The notes under the pieces: model-generated
What the model was told of the DNA's origin: nothing
The model's database searches: none
What the model saw: only the letters and a program-made list of their open reading frames with translations
Source of the DNA: a virus
Taxonomy: Duplodnaviria; Caudoviricetes
IMG/VR virus record: IMGVR_UViG_3300032301_001725
Span: 1 to 37,980 of that record
Direction: 5' to 3' (one strand)
Length of the DNA stretch: 37,980 nt
In this document: positions 36,395 through 37,980 of the stretch, piece by piece
Layout: each line of letters starts with the position of its first letter
Position numbering within the stretch: position 1 is the stretch's first letter
Made by a program: the position numbers and the translations under genes

Positions 36395-36771
36395 AGAGCG
36401 TCTTTCACCGGGATTCCGAATATTCTAGTGCATACGCCCTTGGTTTTTTTATCTGCAATTACAGCTTCATATTCAGATTGCCTACACACCAGAACAGAAC
36501 CATGTGTTCTGCTTTCTATGGCTTGTGCTGCGAGTCTAAAAGCTTTCATGGTTATTGTGAGAGCTTTTGGGCCAACCGATAAAATTCTAACATGGTCACT
36601 GTCTCCGAGGACATGTAGGATTGACCGCGAAAGCTTGACCGGATCAGTTGGTGATTTTGAGGAATCAAGGTCCCCGCCGCCTCTCACTTTAAGGGTGTTT
36701 GGGTAGTCTGGAAAAATAAATTTTTCTTCAGTTTGTGTTTTTTCGATGTTTGGTTCAGTGTTCATATCCAC
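36391..36771 (-). CDS. spoVS: SpoVS-like protein
   Basis: LKV...P.KLSRSI..VL...VRILSVGPKAL..TMKA..LA...LVC parallels SpoVS (LKVS...IQAIGAGALNQAVKA...LIC). Confidence 0.75.
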   Translation of the reverse strand: MDMNTEPNIEKTQTEEKFIFPDYPNTLKVRGGGDLDSSKSPTDPVKLSRSILHVLGDSDHVRILSVGPKALTITMKAFRLAAQAIESRTHGSVLVCRQSEYEAVIADKKTKGVCTRIFGIPVKDAL

Positions 36772-37684
36772 AGATTCTAATAGCCTCCTTTAATTTTTCG
36801 AGAGCATTCTCCCATTCTTCTTTTGTACATTTATATTTTTCTGGTTTATAAACCATGGTTGACTCGCCATTTAAAGCTTGCCGTACGATATTTTCTTGTA
36901 TATCGGTGAGATTCAGTAAACTCAAATTGTTGATTAGGTTATTGTGTCCCTCTGTTACTTCATATATGTCAACATCTGAGTTGTTGTTGGTGCTTTGATC
37001 GCTGATATTTGTAGAAACTATTCTTGGAGAAAGTGTAGATATTTCTGGATATAAATCATTGAATCTATTAAATAAAATTGAACTATGTTTAGAGATAAAA
37101 TGAGCCTTAATTTGTTCGACAACTTTAATTTTTGCATCAGGTGATTTGTTAATTTTGAAGTTGTTACATATCGGGCAACTGGAGAGGCTTTCTATATCAA
37201 CATTCATTTCATCAAGGGCATCCCACAAAAGGAAAGAATGTTCGGCCATAAGATGTGTAGAAATAGGGCTCACCCATTCTGAGCAGATTGGACACCTATT
37301 GGTTACGTTTCTTTTTGCTGCTTGATCTGATTTCACTAAATTAGTGTAATTGTGGTAAAGAGAACCTATGAAATAGTTTTTAAATTCTCCACTGCCGCCA
37401 TACCGTGATGTTTTTCTTTGTTCTCTTGGTTTCCATCCGGATAAAACTGTAATAAAAACTCTTATATAGTCTGATTCAAAATCTTCTTTTGAATCAAAAA
37501 AGTACTTATACGCTTCATACCAGGCTGATGAGTAATCCAATGGGTTGTATAATTTTGTTATTTTTTCGTAAGCGGCGTCAGCCTCGGCTTTTGTCCTATT
37601 GTTTAAGCAGTTTTGGTAATTTAATACCGCCTCTTCTAGGGTTTTTTGAAATTCTATATTAGCGATGTCGTGTCTTTTTGCCAT
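36755..37684 (-). CDS. Divergent sigma-factor-like protein with two C2H2 zinc fingers
   Basis: Likely start MAKRH (37684, after AAGGAG); region-2-like EDFESD...FKNYF; CPIC..H...H twice; region-4-like LTDIQENIV. Confidence 0.55.
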   Translation of the reverse strand: MAKRHDIANIEFQKTLEEAVLNYQNCLNNRTKAEADAAYEKITKLYNPLDYSSAWYEAYKYFFDSKEDFESDYIRVFITVLSGWKPREQRKTSRYGGSGEFKNYFIGSLYHNYTNLVKSDQAAKRNVTNRCPICSEWVSPISTHLMAEHSFLLWDALDEMNVDIESLSSCPICNNFKINKSPDAKIKVVEQIKAHFISKHSSILFNRFNDLYPEISTLSPRIVSTNISDQSTNNNSDVDIYEVTEGHNNLINNLSLLNLTDIQENIVRQALNGESTMVYKPEKYKCTKEEWENALEKLKEAIRICGYEH

Positions 37685-37724
37685 AAGCTCCTTGTGGTAT
37701 GCACGTAAATATATACGTAAAAAA

Positions 37725-37769
37725 CGCCAAGATAGATACGAAATCTTCAGTTTCGCTTGTGAATTGGCG
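37725..37769. repeat. Imperfect palindrome, probable IS200/IS605 end hairpin
   Basis: CGCCAA...TTGGCG outer stem and GCGAAA/TTTCGT inner stem immediately after the tnpA stop. Confidence 0.65.
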
Positions 37770-37979
37770 TTAAAAACCTTGATTTTTAATATATTCGGCG
37801 ATGTTAGCACAGCTAACATCGCCTGTTGTTTCGACAAAATAGCCATTTGTCCATAGCATTTTTTTGTCTTTCCAATAAAATTTCTTTAAATGTTCAGATT
37901 GTGTTTTCCAGAGTTCGTTAGTTGTTATGAATTTTATCCTTCTAACGACCTGGCCTATCGAAAGATTAGGCTTAAATTC
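37770..37979 (-). mobile_element. tnpA: IS200/IS605-family Y1 transposase TnpA, C-terminal part (absent from the ORF track)
   Basis: Manual translation EFKPNLSIGQVVRRIK...LW...LKKFYW...LWTNGYFVETTGDVS..NIAEYIKNQG* includes the LWxxGYF motif and the catalytic YIxNQ. Confidence 0.9.
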
Positions 37980-37980
37980 A

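Noticed and set aside
37685-37846. N-terminal 54 aa of the 363-aa ORF
   Set aside because: It overlaps tnpA in another frame and the IS hairpin; ATG 37684 follows AAGGAG.
1-37980. Stop-codon reassignment (TAG or TGA recoding)
   Set aside because: Conserved genes are full length in the standard code, and TAA, TAG and TGA all end genes at sensible positions.
1-37980. CRISPR arrays, tRNA/rRNA genes, group I introns
   Set aside because: No spaced repeats or cloverleaf-sized gaps were seen; terL, nrdA, nrdB and the capsid gene are uninterrupted.

Overview
Fragment of a large (jumbo-type) tailed dsDNA phage genome, almost entirely minus-strand. Read in transcription order (right to left): the 3' end of an IS200/IS605 TnpA with its end hairpin; a divergent sigma-like protein with two C2H2 zinc fingers; SpoVS-like; class Id-type ribonucleotide reductase (nrdB, nrdA); MazG-like; a degenerate phage metallopeptidase; bacterial-type replisome parts (DnaX, beta clamp, HolA-like) interleaved with a SigH-like and a second sigma-70-family factor; then a head module. 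The head module has a putative TerS, TerL, about 10 unknown probable internal head proteins plus DUF192, a portal with a C-terminal DUF559/Vsr-like nuclease, a 1780-aa intein-containing prohead protease polyprotein, scaffold, decoration protein and a short HK97-fold/encapsulin-like capsid protein. It is followed by a LAGLIDADG homing endonuclease, small Cys/acid-rich genes with apparent -1 frame slips, a truncated paralog of the endonuclease tail, and possibly the start of an IS607 transposase. The best leads: (1) a recurring AGG(A/T/G)-N17/18-GAAA motif upstream of head genes that fits the SigH promoter geometry, beside a phage sigH; (2) a pervasive K/R-x-A(S) motif and shared N-terminal leaders in head-module proteins, suggesting a protease-processing/capsid-targeting code; (3) the portal-nuclease fusion. 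All family calls come from motif recognition by eye, not database searches.
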